Source of the DNA: Promethearchaeota archaeon
GTDB lineage: Archaea > Asgardarchaeota > Lokiarchaeia > Sigyniarchaeales > SOKP01
Assembly: GCA_048939015.1 (NCBI GenBank)
Contig: JBHLPW010000001.1
Span: 16,185 to 80,184, forward strand
Direction of reading: 5' to 3'
DNA: 64,000 nt
Part shown: one piece after another, positions 18,116 through 28,588 of the stretch
Layout: each line of letters starts with the position of its first letter
Numbering within the stretch: the first letter of the stretch is position 1
The notes under the pieces: model-generated
The model's database searches: none
What the model was told of the DNA's origin: nothing
The model's input: the letters and a program-made list of their open reading frames with translations, nothing else
Translations under genes and position numbers: made by a program

Positions 18116-19822
18116 ATGTCATATAAAGATAGGTTTTGGAAGTCTAAATGGGACTCTCATGTTGTAGATCTAGAACCTCAAGAGTTTGAAACCTCTTTTA
18201 CTCAAGCAATAAGGAGAACCTTCGAAGAACTTCCTGAGAAATTAGCTTTTGGTTTTTATGGAACAGAAATTTCATATGGAGAATTGGATAAATTATCAAA
18301 TGAATTTGCTCATATGCTAATTGAGAACGGAATGAAAAAAGGAGACGTTTTAGGAGTAAATGTAGCTAATATTCCTGAATATATTATTGGAGTTTTAGGT
18401 GCAATGAAGGCTGGAATAATAGTTTCTGGAGTTTCACCACTACTCTCCGCGATTCAAATACAATATCAATTAAACGATTTGGGATCTGAGGGAAAGAAGG
18501 TTGCACTTCTTACTTTAGATGCAATATTTGCCGGGCATATCACTAAAATTTACACGCAACTTCCTTCGTTAAAATTAGTCATTACAACAAGTGTAGGGGG
18601 ATTTATGCCGAAAATGCTTGCAAAACTAGGGAAAATGGTAGGAAAAATACCCAAAGGTAAGGTTACTCCACTAGAGGGAAAAATAGTTCTTGAATATCAT
18701 AAAGATGTCAAAGGAAAGTATTCTGATGCGCTTCCAGATGTTAAAATTACTCCAGATGATATAATATTTATTCAATATACTGGAGGAACAACAGGACCAC
18801 CTAAGGGAGCAAAACTAAGTCATAGGAATTTCGTTGCTGATATAAAAATCTTCCAACACTGGCTTAGTTGGGGATTCGGAGCCGGTTTTGCATTATCTGG
18901 ATTTCCATTTTTCCATATAGCAGGATTATTCACATGTGCGAATGTAATAATGTTAGGTTGGAGTCAGATATTAATCCCAAATCCAAGAGATACTGACCAT
19001 ATGATAAAAGAAATGTTGAAATACAGACCAACCGTTTTAGCAAACGTACCTACATTGTACCAATTGATAATTAAAAACCCAAAGTTCAAGAAGATTGATA
19101 AAGATATGATTGACTATGCAATCTCAGCGGCAGCTCCATTTCCAAAAGAATCTCAAGAAATTTTTGAAAGTGTTATTGGTAAGGGAAAAATAATAGAACT
19201 TTATGGAATGACTGAAACCTCACCATTAACAGTAGGGAATCCATCAAGGGGAAAAAAGAAATTGGGACATATTGGCTTACCATTCCCTAATGTAGAATTT
19301 AAATTATTAGATCCCGAATCTGGAAATGAAGTACCTTTAGGAGAAGCTGGTGAAATCTGTGTAAAAGGTCCAATGGTTATGGTAGGTTACCATAATAAAC
19401 CAGAAGAAACTAAAAAGGCTATTGATTCAGATGGCTTCATGCATACTGGAGATGTTGGAATAATGGATGAAGAAGGTTATGTAAGGATTGCTGATCGAAC
19501 AAAAGATATGATAATTGTAGGAGGTTTTAAAGTATTCTCGGCAAAATTAGAAGATACTCTTACTAAACACCCTGCTATTGAAATGGTTGCTACTATTGGA
19601 GTTCCTAATCCCGATAGACCTGGATCTGAATTGGTAAAGGCTATTATCCAAATTGCTCCAGATTATGAGTATAATAATGAAGAATCATTAAAAGAAGAAA
19701 TAATTGCATTTGCCAAAGAAAAATGCTCTCCTTATGAAGTCCCCAAAATCATAGAATTTACAGAAGAGCTCCCACTAACAGTGGTGGGAAAGGTAGACAA
19801 GAAATTATTAAGAAATAAGTGA
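18116..19822 (+). CDS. AMP-dependent acyl-CoA synthetase/ligase (paralogue A)
   Basis: IQYTGGTTGPPKGAKLSH, ELYGMTE, TGDVGIMDEEGYVRIADRTKD, and PKIIEFTEELPLTVVGKVDKK. Confidence 0.85.
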   Translation: MSYKDRFWKSKWDSHVVDLEPQEFETSFTQAIRRTFEELPEKLAFGFYGTEISYGELDKLSNEFAHMLIENGMKKGDVLGVNVANIPEYIIGVLGAMKAGIIVSGVSPLLSAIQIQYQLNDLGSEGKKVALLTLDAIFAGHITKIYTQLPSLKLVITTSVGGFMPKMLAKLGKMVGKIPKGKVTPLEGKIVLEYHKDVKGKYSDALPDVKITPDDIIFIQYTGGTTGPPKGAKLSHRNFVADIKIFQHWLSWGFGAGFALSGFPFFHIAGLFTCANVIMLGWSQILIPNPRDTDHMIKEMLKYRPTVLANVPTLYQLIIKNPKFKKIDKDMIDYAISAAAPFPKESQEIFESVIGKGKIIELYGMTETSPLTVGNPSRGKKKLGHIGLPFPNVEFKLLDPESGNEVPLGEAGEICVKGPMVMVGYHNKPEETKKAIDSDGFMHTGDVGIMDEEGYVRIADRTKDMIIVGGFKVFSAKLEDTLTKHPAIEMVATIGVPNPDRPGSELVKAIIQIAPDYEYNNEESLKEEIIAFAKEKCSPYEVPKIIEFTEELPLTVVGKVDKKLLRNK

Positions 19823-19887
19823 TTCTCTTCGATGAAATAAGGTTTAACTTTAAAGAAATTAAAGATTTTTATTTTCTTTCTATTTAT

Positions 19888-21000
19888 TTAATTTCTACTA
19901 GCTAAAATCTTTTTATGTAAAATCTGAAAGTCCTTTTCTGGTATTTTATCCTTTAAACCTTCTCTTAATACAATTTTAATTGCATCATTTGGGCACTTTG
20001 AAACACAAACACCACACCCTATACACCAATCATTATCGATTACTGCGATATTATCCTCTAAATTTATGGCATCTGCTGGACAAACCTCAATACAATTACC
20101 ACAGCCAACACACTTATCATTCAAAGTTTCCCGGATAAAATATGTAGCAATTATTTCATCCCGGGGGATCATTCTTCTTCTTATTCGCCCTAAATTCCAA
20201 CAAGAGCATCCACAACAATTGCAATTCTGTTGCACATTATCAATAGCATTATCTGTAAAATGAACTAATCCCGCTTCTGAAGCTTTTCGACTAATTTCTA
20301 ATGCTTCTTCAACACTAACTTCTCGAGCAAAACCTTTATCAATAATATAGCGTGCTAAATCATTAAATTTCATACAAACTTCTAAGGGATGATCGCAACC
20401 TCTGCCTATTAATTTCATAGATTGGCGACAGATACAGTGAGCTACTGCTATAACTCTCGCTTTTTTTATAATTTCTCTCATTACTTGATAAGGTAAGATT
20501 GCTTGAGTATTTGGTTCAATAGTTTCCTCTATGGGGATAAATCTGAAAGGAATAGGTTCAGTACTATAAGCTTCTTTTGTTACTTCTGTATTAAAATATT
20601 TGAGTACTTGTTTTGCCATTTCTCTTGATTGAGGAGTGTTTTCACCCTTCCAAAAAAATACTTGAGGAAAACCAAACGCTGATTGTTGGAGAGCATACAT
20701 AAGTTGTCCATTATTTTTATCTATGTAAGAAAATACTAGACCTCTACTAGCTAGATTTTCAAGAATTTCTTTTAGATGATGAAAAGGGATCTCTATTGAC
20801 TTAGATATTTCATTAATGGAAATTCCTTGAAAAGGTATTTTTTTTGAAGGTATTGAAAGGAGGATGTTGGCTTCCTCTTCACTAAAATTAGACTTCAAAA
20901 TAGCGAGTAAGTCTTCTCTTGGTGGTGTCATCATTCCCATTTGAGAAAAATGAATCATTAATTTTTCATAGATATCTAATATTGTCATGATTAATCCCAA
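19888..21000 (-). CDS. Fe-S protein with an N-terminal wHTH-like region, a Cys-rich segment and a 2x[4Fe-4S] ferredoxin domain
   Basis: [12 protein letters not shown] and [12 protein letters not shown] ferredoxin motifs. Extra cysteines at [15 protein letters not shown] and [10 protein letters not shown]. The N-terminal [27 protein letters not shown] is wHTH-like. Confidence 0.7.
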   Translation of the reverse strand: MGLIMTILDIYEKLMIHFSQMGMMTPPREDLLAILKSNFSEEEANILLSIPSKKIPFQGISINEISKSIEIPFHHLKEILENLASRGLVFSYIDKNNGQLMYALQQSAFGFPQVFFWKGENTPQSREMAKQVLKYFNTEVTKEAYSTEPIPFRFIPIEETIEPNTQAILPYQVMREIIKKARVIAVAHCICRQSMKLIGRGCDHPLEVCMKFNDLARYIIDKGFAREVSVEEALEISRKASEAGLVHFTDNAIDNVQQNCNCCGCSCWNLGRIRRRMIPRDEIIATYFIRETLNDKCVGCGNCIEVCPADAINLEDNIAVIDNDWCIGCGVCVSKCPNDAIKIVLREGLKDKIPEKDFQILHKKILASRN

Positions 21001-21179
21001 CTATATTGTTTTAAGTTTAATTATTTGCTAAACTTCTATTTTTCTATTTTATCTTATACGTTTTTTATTGAGATCGAAAAAATAACATAATTATAATAAA
21101 CTTTTTTAATAAAATGTAGCTTATTAAATATCACAATTCGATTTTGAATTGTACTTAATAACAAAAATGTGAAAAAAAA

Positions 21180-22895
21180 ATGTCAAATCCATACGAAAGT
21201 CGCTTTTGGATGAAAAACTGGGATCCTGGAATGAAAGACATTCCTCCTGAAGAATTTGAAACTACCTATCCAGAAATGTTAAGACCAACATTTGAAAAAT
21301 TTTCTGATAAAATGGCACTTGCATATCAAGGATTAGAAATCAGCTTTGGTGAGGTTGATAAATATTCTAATCAATTTGCTAATATGTTGATTGAAAATGG
21401 ATTTAAAAAAGGTGATGTAGTTGGAATTAATCTAGCAAATATTCCCGAATACGTATATTCAGTTTTAGGCACACTTAAAGCGGGATGTATTGTTTCAGGC
21501 GTTAGTCCTCTTCTTTCTGATGTACAGATGCATTATCAATTGGATGATCTTGGAAAAGGTGGTAAAAAAGTAGCTTTAATCACTTTAGATGCTATTTTTC
21601 AACATAGATTGACTAAAATTGCGGATAAACTACCACAACTTAAAGTTGTAGTAGCAACAAGCGTAATTGGTTCATTCTCTAAAGAGGCACAAGCAAAAAT
21701 TAAAGCTGTTCAAGAAATCCCCTCAGGAGAAGTCACTCCTTTAGAGGGAAAAGTTGTCTATAATTTTCAGGATGACGTTTTGACAAAATTTTCTACTGAT
21801 TTACCAAAAGTTGATATATCTCCTGATGACCTTGGCTGGATTCAGTATACTGGTGGTACAACAGGTCCTCCGAAAGGCGCAATGTTAAGTCATAGAAACT
21901 ATGTTTCAAATATGAAAGGGATTATTACCTGGCTTCAATGGGAACCGGGAAAAGGAGTATTACTATCAGGATTCCCTATGTTTCATATTGCTGGCTTAAC
22001 AGTATGTCAAGGAGCTCTTTATAATGGAATGAGTCAAATTATTATTGCTAATCCGCGTGATGCACTCCATATTTGTAATGAAATGAAGAAATATAAACCA
22101 ACAATGCTAGTAAATGTACCTTCCTTATATCAAATTTTAATCAATTTTCGCAAATTTAAAAGGTTAGATCATTCAAATTTAAGATTGTGCATCTCTGCAG
22201 CGGCTCCGTTCCCAAAAGAATCACAAGAGGCGTTAGAAAGCGTAGTAGGTGAAGGAAAACTATTAGAACTTTGGGGAATGACTGAACTTTCACCAGTTGC
22301 GAGTATGAATCCTTCTATAGGTACGAAAAAATTAGGTACTGTAGGTTTACCGTTTCTAAATGTCGATTTAAAAATTGTTAATCCTGAAACGAATGAAGTA
22401 GTCTCAATAGGAGAACCGGGAGAACTTTGTGTAAATGGTCCCTTAGTTATGCAAGGATACTATAATAAACCAGAAGAAACCGCAAAAGCCATAGATAAAG
22501 ATGGTTACATGCATACGGGGGATGTTGGAATTATGGATGAAGATGGTTACATTCGAATTGTCGATCGTACAAAAGATATGATAATAGTCGGGGGATTTAA
22601 AGTTTTTTCGGCAAAAGTTGAAGATACTCTGGCGAAACATCCAGCAATTGGGATGGTAGCATTAATTGGAGTCCCTAACCCTGATAGACCTGGATCCGAA
22701 ATTGTAAAAGCATTCGTCCAAATCTCCCCAGACTATGAATTTGATGGAAATAAAGAAGCTTTAAAGGAAGATATAATAAGTTTTTCTAAAGATAACTTAG
22801 CCCCGTATGAAGTTCCCAAATTAATAGAATTTTCAGAAGAGCTTCCATTAACTGTCGTTGGAAAGATTGATAAGAAAATTTTAAGATCTAATTAA
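21180..22895 (+). CDS. AMP-dependent acyl-CoA synthetase/ligase (paralogue B)
   Basis: Collinear with 18116-19822 over its full length, with high identity by eye. IQYTGGTTGPPKGAMLSH, ELWGMTE, TGDVGIMDEDGYIRIVDRTKD. Confidence 0.85.
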   Translation: MSNPYESRFWMKNWDPGMKDIPPEEFETTYPEMLRPTFEKFSDKMALAYQGLEISFGEVDKYSNQFANMLIENGFKKGDVVGINLANIPEYVYSVLGTLKAGCIVSGVSPLLSDVQMHYQLDDLGKGGKKVALITLDAIFQHRLTKIADKLPQLKVVVATSVIGSFSKEAQAKIKAVQEIPSGEVTPLEGKVVYNFQDDVLTKFSTDLPKVDISPDDLGWIQYTGGTTGPPKGAMLSHRNYVSNMKGIITWLQWEPGKGVLLSGFPMFHIAGLTVCQGALYNGMSQIIIANPRDALHICNEMKKYKPTMLVNVPSLYQILINFRKFKRLDHSNLRLCISAAAPFPKESQEALESVVGEGKLLELWGMTELSPVASMNPSIGTKKLGTVGLPFLNVDLKIVNPETNEVVSIGEPGELCVNGPLVMQGYYNKPEETAKAIDKDGYMHTGDVGIMDEDGYIRIVDRTKDMIIVGGFKVFSAKVEDTLAKHPAIGMVALIGVPNPDRPGSEIVKAFVQISPDYEFDGNKEALKEDIISFSKDNLAPYEVPKLIEFSEELPLTVVGKIDKKILRSN

Positions 22896-23000
22896 TAAAA
22901 TTTATTTTTTTCTAATTATTATTTATTTGTTTCTTACTTTTCTATTTTTAAGTTAATTAATTTAGGAAAGTTTTTTTTAAAGGGAAATCATTAATTTTTG

Positions 23001-23741
23001 ATGAAATTAAAAACATCCTTTTTAAGCTTTATTTTAGTTTTCTTTTTGATTTTTTCCTGCATATTAAGCCCAGCTTTCGCTGTTTTTACTCTAGGTGATT
23101 CCTGCCTTCCCGTAGATGAGGAAGGTTTCATCGAATATGATTTTGATAAATATACTGCTCCGGAACCATTAAGACTCAAAGTTGATTTTGTAGATTTATA
23201 TAAAATGTACGAACCAGTTGAAGCTTTGGGAGTTAACATAACCGTGAGTGAGCTCAATTCAACTACTAATAATTATGAAATATCAATTGTTGATTCTATA
23301 AAATATCAAAATCATGTATTTTTAGCTTATAATAAAACACTTCAATTTTTTGTATATAATCAATGTATGAATAACCTTCTAATAAACGGCTATGGAGGTT
23401 ATTTTATTATTCCGAATGACCCTGTAGATGTAAATATTGTAAAAGTATTCATTGAGGGTTATACCATTTGGTCCGCGAGCGTTAATAACTACTCAGTAAC
23501 TATTGATATTGCTAATGATCAAGTTATTCTGACTTATAATCAAAAAGGAATATTGATAAAAGAAGAAGTTAAAAGCAATAATGTCACAATTTCAACTTTA
23601 ACATTTATATCATATGCAGTAAATCAAAAAGACGATATCGGAGAGTTAGACGTCATCTTATTATTATCAATAATTACTCTAATATCAATAGCTTCGGTAC
23701 TAATTAATAAAAATTCTATAAAAAAGATGGAATTCTCATAG
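23001..23741 (+). CDS. Secreted/C-terminally anchored protein, unknown function
   Basis: N-terminal signal-like MKLKTSFLSFILVFFLIFSCILSPAFA, several N-x-S/T sequons, and a C-terminal TM segment (VILLLSIITLISIASVLI). Confidence 0.55.
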   Translation: MKLKTSFLSFILVFFLIFSCILSPAFAVFTLGDSCLPVDEEGFIEYDFDKYTAPEPLRLKVDFVDLYKMYEPVEALGVNITVSELNSTTNNYEISIVDSIKYQNHVFLAYNKTLQFFVYNQCMNNLLINGYGGYFIIPNDPVDVNIVKVFIEGYTIWSASVNNYSVTIDIANDQVILTYNQKGILIKEEVKSNNVTISTLTFISYAVNQKDDIGELDVILLLSIITLISIASVLINKNSIKKMEFS

Positions 23742-23855
23742 CAGATATTTTTATTTTCTATATATCTAGAATAAATAATAAATCGCATTTAGTGCCTTAA
23801 GTGGTTTAAGTAAAAAAAAAATGTTTATTTTATTATTCTTTCGAGCTATCCTTAA

Positions 23856-24539
23856 TTACGTTTGTTCAATCTTCAAGTTTTTAAAGCTTCCTATCGCTAA
23901 ACTTATACACCATAAATAAAGTACGATTTTTTGCAATGTAACTTGGATAATTAAACCCTCAGGTGTTTGGTTACTCGGTCCTAAAAGGACAACAACCATA
24001 AAAACAACTAATGCAATCGCAAAAATAATAAAGGGTAGAGCATATTTTTTTGGATATTTATCATTCAAATAAAGGATTATTGAATATAATATGCAAGGTA
24101 ATAATGCCCAAAGAAAAGCACTTGCTGCAAAAAGGTTATGTTCATCAAAATAAAGATCTTGTGGAGTAAAAACAACGCCTATTAATGAAATAGCAGAAAC
24201 CGCTGCGAAAATTAATCCAATAAGACTTAGTTTTTTTTCTAATTTATTTTCTTTAAAAAGGAAAACTGCATTAATGAAAAAAAGTAGATATGAAAGAGCA
24301 AAAATTGATAAGGTTATAGAAAATAACACAAACGAGATAAGATTATTTTCACCAGAATATGCAATTGTATTTCCTAAATCACTAAAATAATTAGAAAAGA
24401 AAGAATATCCAGAAATATTTGGATCAATGTACGTCCCTCCAGGATAAAATAACATTGCAATGAAAGTAATAATTATGAACTGTAAAGATCCAAATAAACT
24501 TATACGAGAAAGCCATTCTATTCTGCTCTCCAACTTCAT
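23856..24539 (-). CDS. Integral membrane protein (DUF998-like)
   Basis: 227 aa with about 6 TM helices. The N-terminal region with YPGG...Y....NYFSDLG resembles DUF998. Weak assignment. Confidence 0.5.
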   Translation of the reverse strand: MKLESRIEWLSRISLFGSLQFIIITFIAMLFYPGGTYIDPNISGYSFFSNYFSDLGNTIAYSGENNLISFVLFSITLSIFALSYLLFFINAVFLFKENKLEKKLSLIGLIFAAVSAISLIGVVFTPQDLYFDEHNLFAASAFLWALLPCILYSIILYLNDKYPKKYALPFIIFAIALVVFMVVVLLGPSNQTPEGLIIQVTLQKIVLYLWCISLAIGSFKNLKIEQT

Positions 24540-24706
24540 ATGAATTTCACCTAGTTTTAAAAAAATATTTTATTTCCTAAAAAGTATAAAATCGTAATCA
24601 TTATGAATTTTTAAATATTTCTTAATTTTAGCAATAAAGTAAAAGAACAAAAATAAATATAACCACAGATTTTCTATTTATCTTAAACCGTGTAATATCT
24701 AATTTT

Positions 24707-25480
24707 TTATTCTTTTCTTATCTGGTTCTCAACAAGAGAGAGGACTTTTGGAAGAACATCACCAATTTTTTCATGAATTACTACTTCTGCTAATGAATCC
24801 ATATCAGTTTTTTGAATATTTATAATCGCTAATTTTGCTCCAATTGACAGAGCTTTCTGAGGATAAAATGCAACTGGATAAACTACAAGAGAAGAACCAA
24901 GAACTAACAGCATATCACATTCTGCAATCATATTATCTGCTGCTTCGAGCGTTTTTGACTCAAGTGCTTCTCCAAAAAATATAGCATTTGGTTTTAACAT
25001 CCCTCGACATTTATCACAGGAGGGAGAATAATTCCCTTTCATAACTTGATTTACCATAAATGTAATTTCGTAAACTTGTCCACATGTCATGCATTTTGCT
25101 TCATATGCATTCCCATGAAATTCTACAATGTTTTTTGTCCTTGCTTTGTGATGTAACCTATCTATATTCTGGGTAAGAACTCCTTTTAGCTTTCCAAGTT
25201 TCTGAAGTTTCGTTAGTGCTTTATGGCCTCTATTGGGCCTTGCTTTAAAAATATTCCTTCCTGTTTCAAGCATGAATTCTAAATTTTTACCTGTATTAGC
25301 TACATATGAATGAATTGATGCGAATTCATAGGGATCCACTTTTTCCCATAAACCAGTTCCGGGTGTTCGAAAATCTGCAATCCCACTTTCGGTTGACATT
25401 CCCGCTCCTGTTAATGCTACTATATTTTTGGAGTCAATGATTAATTCTGCAAATTTCTCAATTTTTTCCCCTAATGACAT
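24707..25480 (-). CDS. cobB: NAD-dependent protein deacylase, Sir2 family
   Basis: GAGMSTESGIADFR, TQNIDRLH, catalytic EFHGN, and Zn-binding CMTCG...CDKCRG. Confidence 0.85.
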   Translation of the reverse strand: MSLGEKIEKFAELIIDSKNIVALTGAGMSTESGIADFRTPGTGLWEKVDPYEFASIHSYVANTGKNLEFMLETGRNIFKARPNRGHKALTKLQKLGKLKGVLTQNIDRLHHKARTKNIVEFHGNAYEAKCMTCGQVYEITFMVNQVMKGNYSPSCDKCRGMLKPNAIFFGEALESKTLEAADNMIAECDMLLVLGSSLVVYPVAFYPQKALSIGAKLAIINIQKTDMDSLAEVVIHEKIGDVLPKVLSLVENQIRKE

Positions 25481-25574
25481 AATTTATCCTTTGTTCGAAG
25501 TGTATAAACTGAATATAATTAATATTCGAATTATTTTATAAAATATTTTATTGCCTTATGATTTTATTGTATTA

Positions 25575-26396
25575 ATGCTTGTTGAAGAATTTAAACAAAT
25601 TAAGTATGAAAAAGAAGAAAATGGAATTGTAACAGTTACTTTAAACTGGGCAGAAAAAAAGAATGCTCTCTCTCCATTAGGCCTTTTGGAACTCTGGTAT
25701 GCTGTAGATCATGCTGAAAAGGATAAGCAAATCAAAGTTATGATATTAACAGGTTGTGAAGAAGCAGGAGCGTTTTCTTCAGGAGGTTACTTTTCAGTAG
25801 AGATGTTGAAAGAAATACCTGAAAAGTATAGATCCGAGATCAATTTAAGAGATATGGCATCAAAAAGGTTATGTCTTAAGTTTTGGGATTTTTCTAAACC
25901 AGTGATATCTGTAATTAATGGATTTGCTGTGGGAGGAGGTTTTACACTTCCTGTAATTTGTTCAGATTTAGTTTATATGGCTGAAGACGCATGGTGGGCA
26001 TTATTTTTTGTGAAAAGAGCGGTAATGCCTGATTTTGCCACTACTGTTCTTTTACCATTCATGATAGGAATGCATAAAGCAAAAGAGTTGTTTTACTTTG
26101 GTGATCGTATGACTTCTCACGATGCAGAAAGATTAGGTCTAGTCAATAAGGTGCTTCCTAAAGAAAAATTAATGAAATATGCACGAGATCAAGCTTTAAG
26201 ACTTATTCCTCCCAAAGGACCATCATTATCAATTAAATTGATGAAAAAAACAATGCATACATATTTTAGGGAAATTATAGAATCACAATTAGATTTAGAA
26301 AATAAAATGTGGACCAAAGCGATTCAAAGTAAAGATTTTGGAGAGTCCCTAAAAGCTTTGAAGGAAAAAAGAGATCCAACTTTTATTGGAAGATAG
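25575..26396 (+). CDS. Enoyl-CoA hydratase/isomerase (crotonase) family protein
   Basis: VTVTLNWAEKKNAL, LTGCEEAGAFSSGG, PVISVINGFAVGGG, C-terminal EKRDPTFIGR. ATG 25575 preferred over the ORF-track TTG at 25551. Confidence 0.8.
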   Translation: MLVEEFKQIKYEKEENGIVTVTLNWAEKKNALSPLGLLELWYAVDHAEKDKQIKVMILTGCEEAGAFSSGGYFSVEMLKEIPEKYRSEINLRDMASKRLCLKFWDFSKPVISVINGFAVGGGFTLPVICSDLVYMAEDAWWALFFVKRAVMPDFATTVLLPFMIGMHKAKELFYFGDRMTSHDAERLGLVNKVLPKEKLMKYARDQALRLIPPKGPSLSIKLMKKTMHTYFREIIESQLDLENKMWTKAIQSKDFGESLKALKEKRDPTFIGR

Positions 26397-26656
26397 TTCA
26401 AGATGATCTTCTAATACGGATCTTAACTAATTTTTTGATGGTTTTCCTTAAAAAATCATTAAAGAAAAAGATTAATAACGATTATTTTTATTTATTGAAT
26501 ATATTATATTAATATTAAAAACACTCAAATATACAACTTTCATTATTTAATTAAATAGTAAAAAATTAAATTAATGGACTTGGACTAAGATTGAGTTGAT
26601 CTACTTAACCAAAATGGTGATTCGGAGAGATTAGTACTAGATCTTTCATTTATAAG

Positions 26657-27175
26657 GTGGTTGTGGTAGGCGATGGTGGTGTAGGAAAAACATCTATGGT
26701 TCTCCGCTACTGTGAGAATACCTTTAAAGAAAACTATATTATGACTATTGGTTCTAATTTCTCCACCAAGCAAGTTGATTTAGATGAATACCCAAACTTT
26801 TTGATTAAGCTCCAGTTATGGGATTTAGCAGGCCAGAAACATTTCAGTTTTGTTCGTCCACCATTTTATAGGGGAGCAACAGCCATTGTGTATGTCTTTG
26901 ACCTTACGCGGAGGAGTTCTTTTCAGAACATACTAAATTGGAAAGCTGAAGTGGAAAAAGTAATTGGTGATGGAAAGCCAAGTATTTTAGTAGGAAATAA
27001 AATAGATTTAGCAGAACAGGGACAAAGAGAAGTAGGAGAAGGGGATGGAGAAGCATTAAAAGAAGAATTAAATGCTATAAAATATTATGAAACAAGTGCT
27101 AAGAAAGATCTTAGAGTATCTCCAGTCTTCCAAGACATTACACGGGCTATCCTAGAGAAGAGTCAAAAGATCTAA
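26657..27175 (+). CDS. Ras/Rab-like small GTPase
   Basis: G1 GDGGVGKTS, switch I YIMTIG, G3 WDLAGQ, G4 GNKIDL, G5 ETSAK. No C-terminal Cys prenylation motif. The GTG start is uncertain (see findings). Confidence 0.85.
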   Translation: MVVVGDGGVGKTSMVLRYCENTFKENYIMTIGSNFSTKQVDLDEYPNFLIKLQLWDLAGQKHFSFVRPPFYRGATAIVYVFDLTRRSSFQNILNWKAEVEKVIGDGKPSILVGNKIDLAEQGQREVGEGDGEALKEELNAIKYYETSAKKDLRVSPVFQDITRAILEKSQKI

Positions 27176-27256
27176 CTTTTTATTATACATAAACCATAAA
27201 TTAAAATTTAGTTGTAAATTTTAGAAGTATAAATCAAATAATATTAGGTAATTTAA

Positions 27257-27976
27257 ATGTTTGGAGCAGGACAAAGAGCTTACGATCGTGCACTTACTGT
27301 TTTTAGTCCAGAAGGACGTTTATTTCAAGTAGAATATGCCTTAGAGGCTGTAAGAAGGGGAACACTTGCTGTAGCTGTTAAATCTAAAGAAGATGTGTGC
27401 CTTGCAGCTCAGATTAAAGTAGCATCTACATTGATGGATGCAGATTCAATTGACAAGATTTTTCAAATAGACGAGCATATAGGAGTGGCAATTTCAGGAT
27501 TGCATGCGGATGCACGAGCACTGATAAATCATTCAAGAGTTCAAGCACAGTCATTTAGACTAACATATGACGAGCCTGTCCGTCTGAGTATGCTAACAAA
27601 AGCAATAGCAGATTTGAAACAGCAATATACGCAGTTTGGAGGTGTTCGACCATGGGGATGTGCACTTTTTTTCATCGGAATTGATGCTAGTGGAACACAA
27701 ATTTATACTACATCTCCAAGTGGTATTTATCGTTCCTTTAAGGCATATGCTATTGGAACAGGAGAGGCATCTGCTAGAGAATATCTTACAGAACACTATA
27801 AAGAGGATATGACTTTCGAAGAATTGATTAATATGGCGTTAAATTCACTTAAAGAATCAATAGATGAAGATGTAACAAAAGAAAATGTTCGACTAGCATA
27901 TATTAAAGGTGAAACTAAAGAGTTTCATATGTGTAATAAACAAGAAGTAGAAGAATTCCTAGCAAAATTAACATAA
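27257..27976 (+). CDS. psmA: Proteasome subunit alpha
   Basis: Canonical N-terminus YDRALTVFSPEGRLFQVEYALEAV, and a length of 239 aa. Confidence 0.95.
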   Translation: MFGAGQRAYDRALTVFSPEGRLFQVEYALEAVRRGTLAVAVKSKEDVCLAAQIKVASTLMDADSIDKIFQIDEHIGVAISGLHADARALINHSRVQAQSFRLTYDEPVRLSMLTKAIADLKQQYTQFGGVRPWGCALFFIGIDASGTQIYTTSPSGIYRSFKAYAIGTGEASAREYLTEHYKEDMTFEELINMALNSLKESIDEDVTKENVRLAYIKGETKEFHMCNKQEVEEFLAKLT

Positions 27977-28083
27977 TTCTATTTTTAACATCTTCATAAA
28001 AGGTTTTATTTTCTCAATCTATATTATAGATATTAATATTACATCTAGAATTTTACTTAAAAACAAAAAGATAGTCGATTTTT

Positions 28084-28476
28084 ATGGCTAAGAAGAAGAT
28101 TAGAGAAGAGTTTGATAAACTTTTTAAGAAAGGAGATGAAAAAGCTATAAAGAAAATGTTAGATAAGAATCCCTGGCTTCTTAATGAAGTTTCAAATACT
28201 ATGGATGCTGGTATGTTAGAACAGAATCAAGTAATAGCAGCATTAGGTGTAATGGAGGATGAACTTGGAGGACCTGTACCAATTGATGAAATTGTATTTA
28301 GCTTAAGAGTTGATTTTAATATTCGGAAAAGTGAAGATGAGATACATAGAATTTTAACTAGCAGTGAAGATCTTAATCTAGTTAAAAGAGAGGCTAATGG
28401 GTGGAGTTTAACTAGTGAAGGAGGGAGATTATGTGATGACTATCTTAACAAAAATTTGGGAAAGTTTGAATTATGA
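28084..28476 (+). CDS. Hypothetical 130-aa protein with a winged-helix-like C-terminal half
   Basis: ATG start, lysine-rich helical N-terminus. The C-terminal PVPIDEIVFSLRVDFNIRKSEDEIHRILTSSEDLNLVKREANGWSLTSEGGRL reads as helix-turn-helix plus a beta wing. Confidence 0.5.
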   Translation: MAKKKIREEFDKLFKKGDEKAIKKMLDKNPWLLNEVSNTMDAGMLEQNQVIAALGVMEDELGGPVPIDEIVFSLRVDFNIRKSEDEIHRILTSSEDLNLVKREANGWSLTSEGGRLCDDYLNKNLGKFEL

Positions 28477-28588
28477 TTAATTAAATATTTATTTTGGCTT
28501 AATGATTTTTAAATTAAACTAACTAATTATTTTGAGATTTTTTGTTTATTAAGTTCATTCTAAATTCTTCTAAAAATAGTTGAGATAT

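Noticed and set aside
24707-25480. Sir2-domain gene, considered as a possible anti-phage defence effector.
   Set aside because: It has the full canonical sirtuin deacylase motif set, including the Zn-binding Cys pairs. It has no fused sensor domain and no partner gene such as HerA, Argonaute or TIR. It looks like housekeeping CobB.
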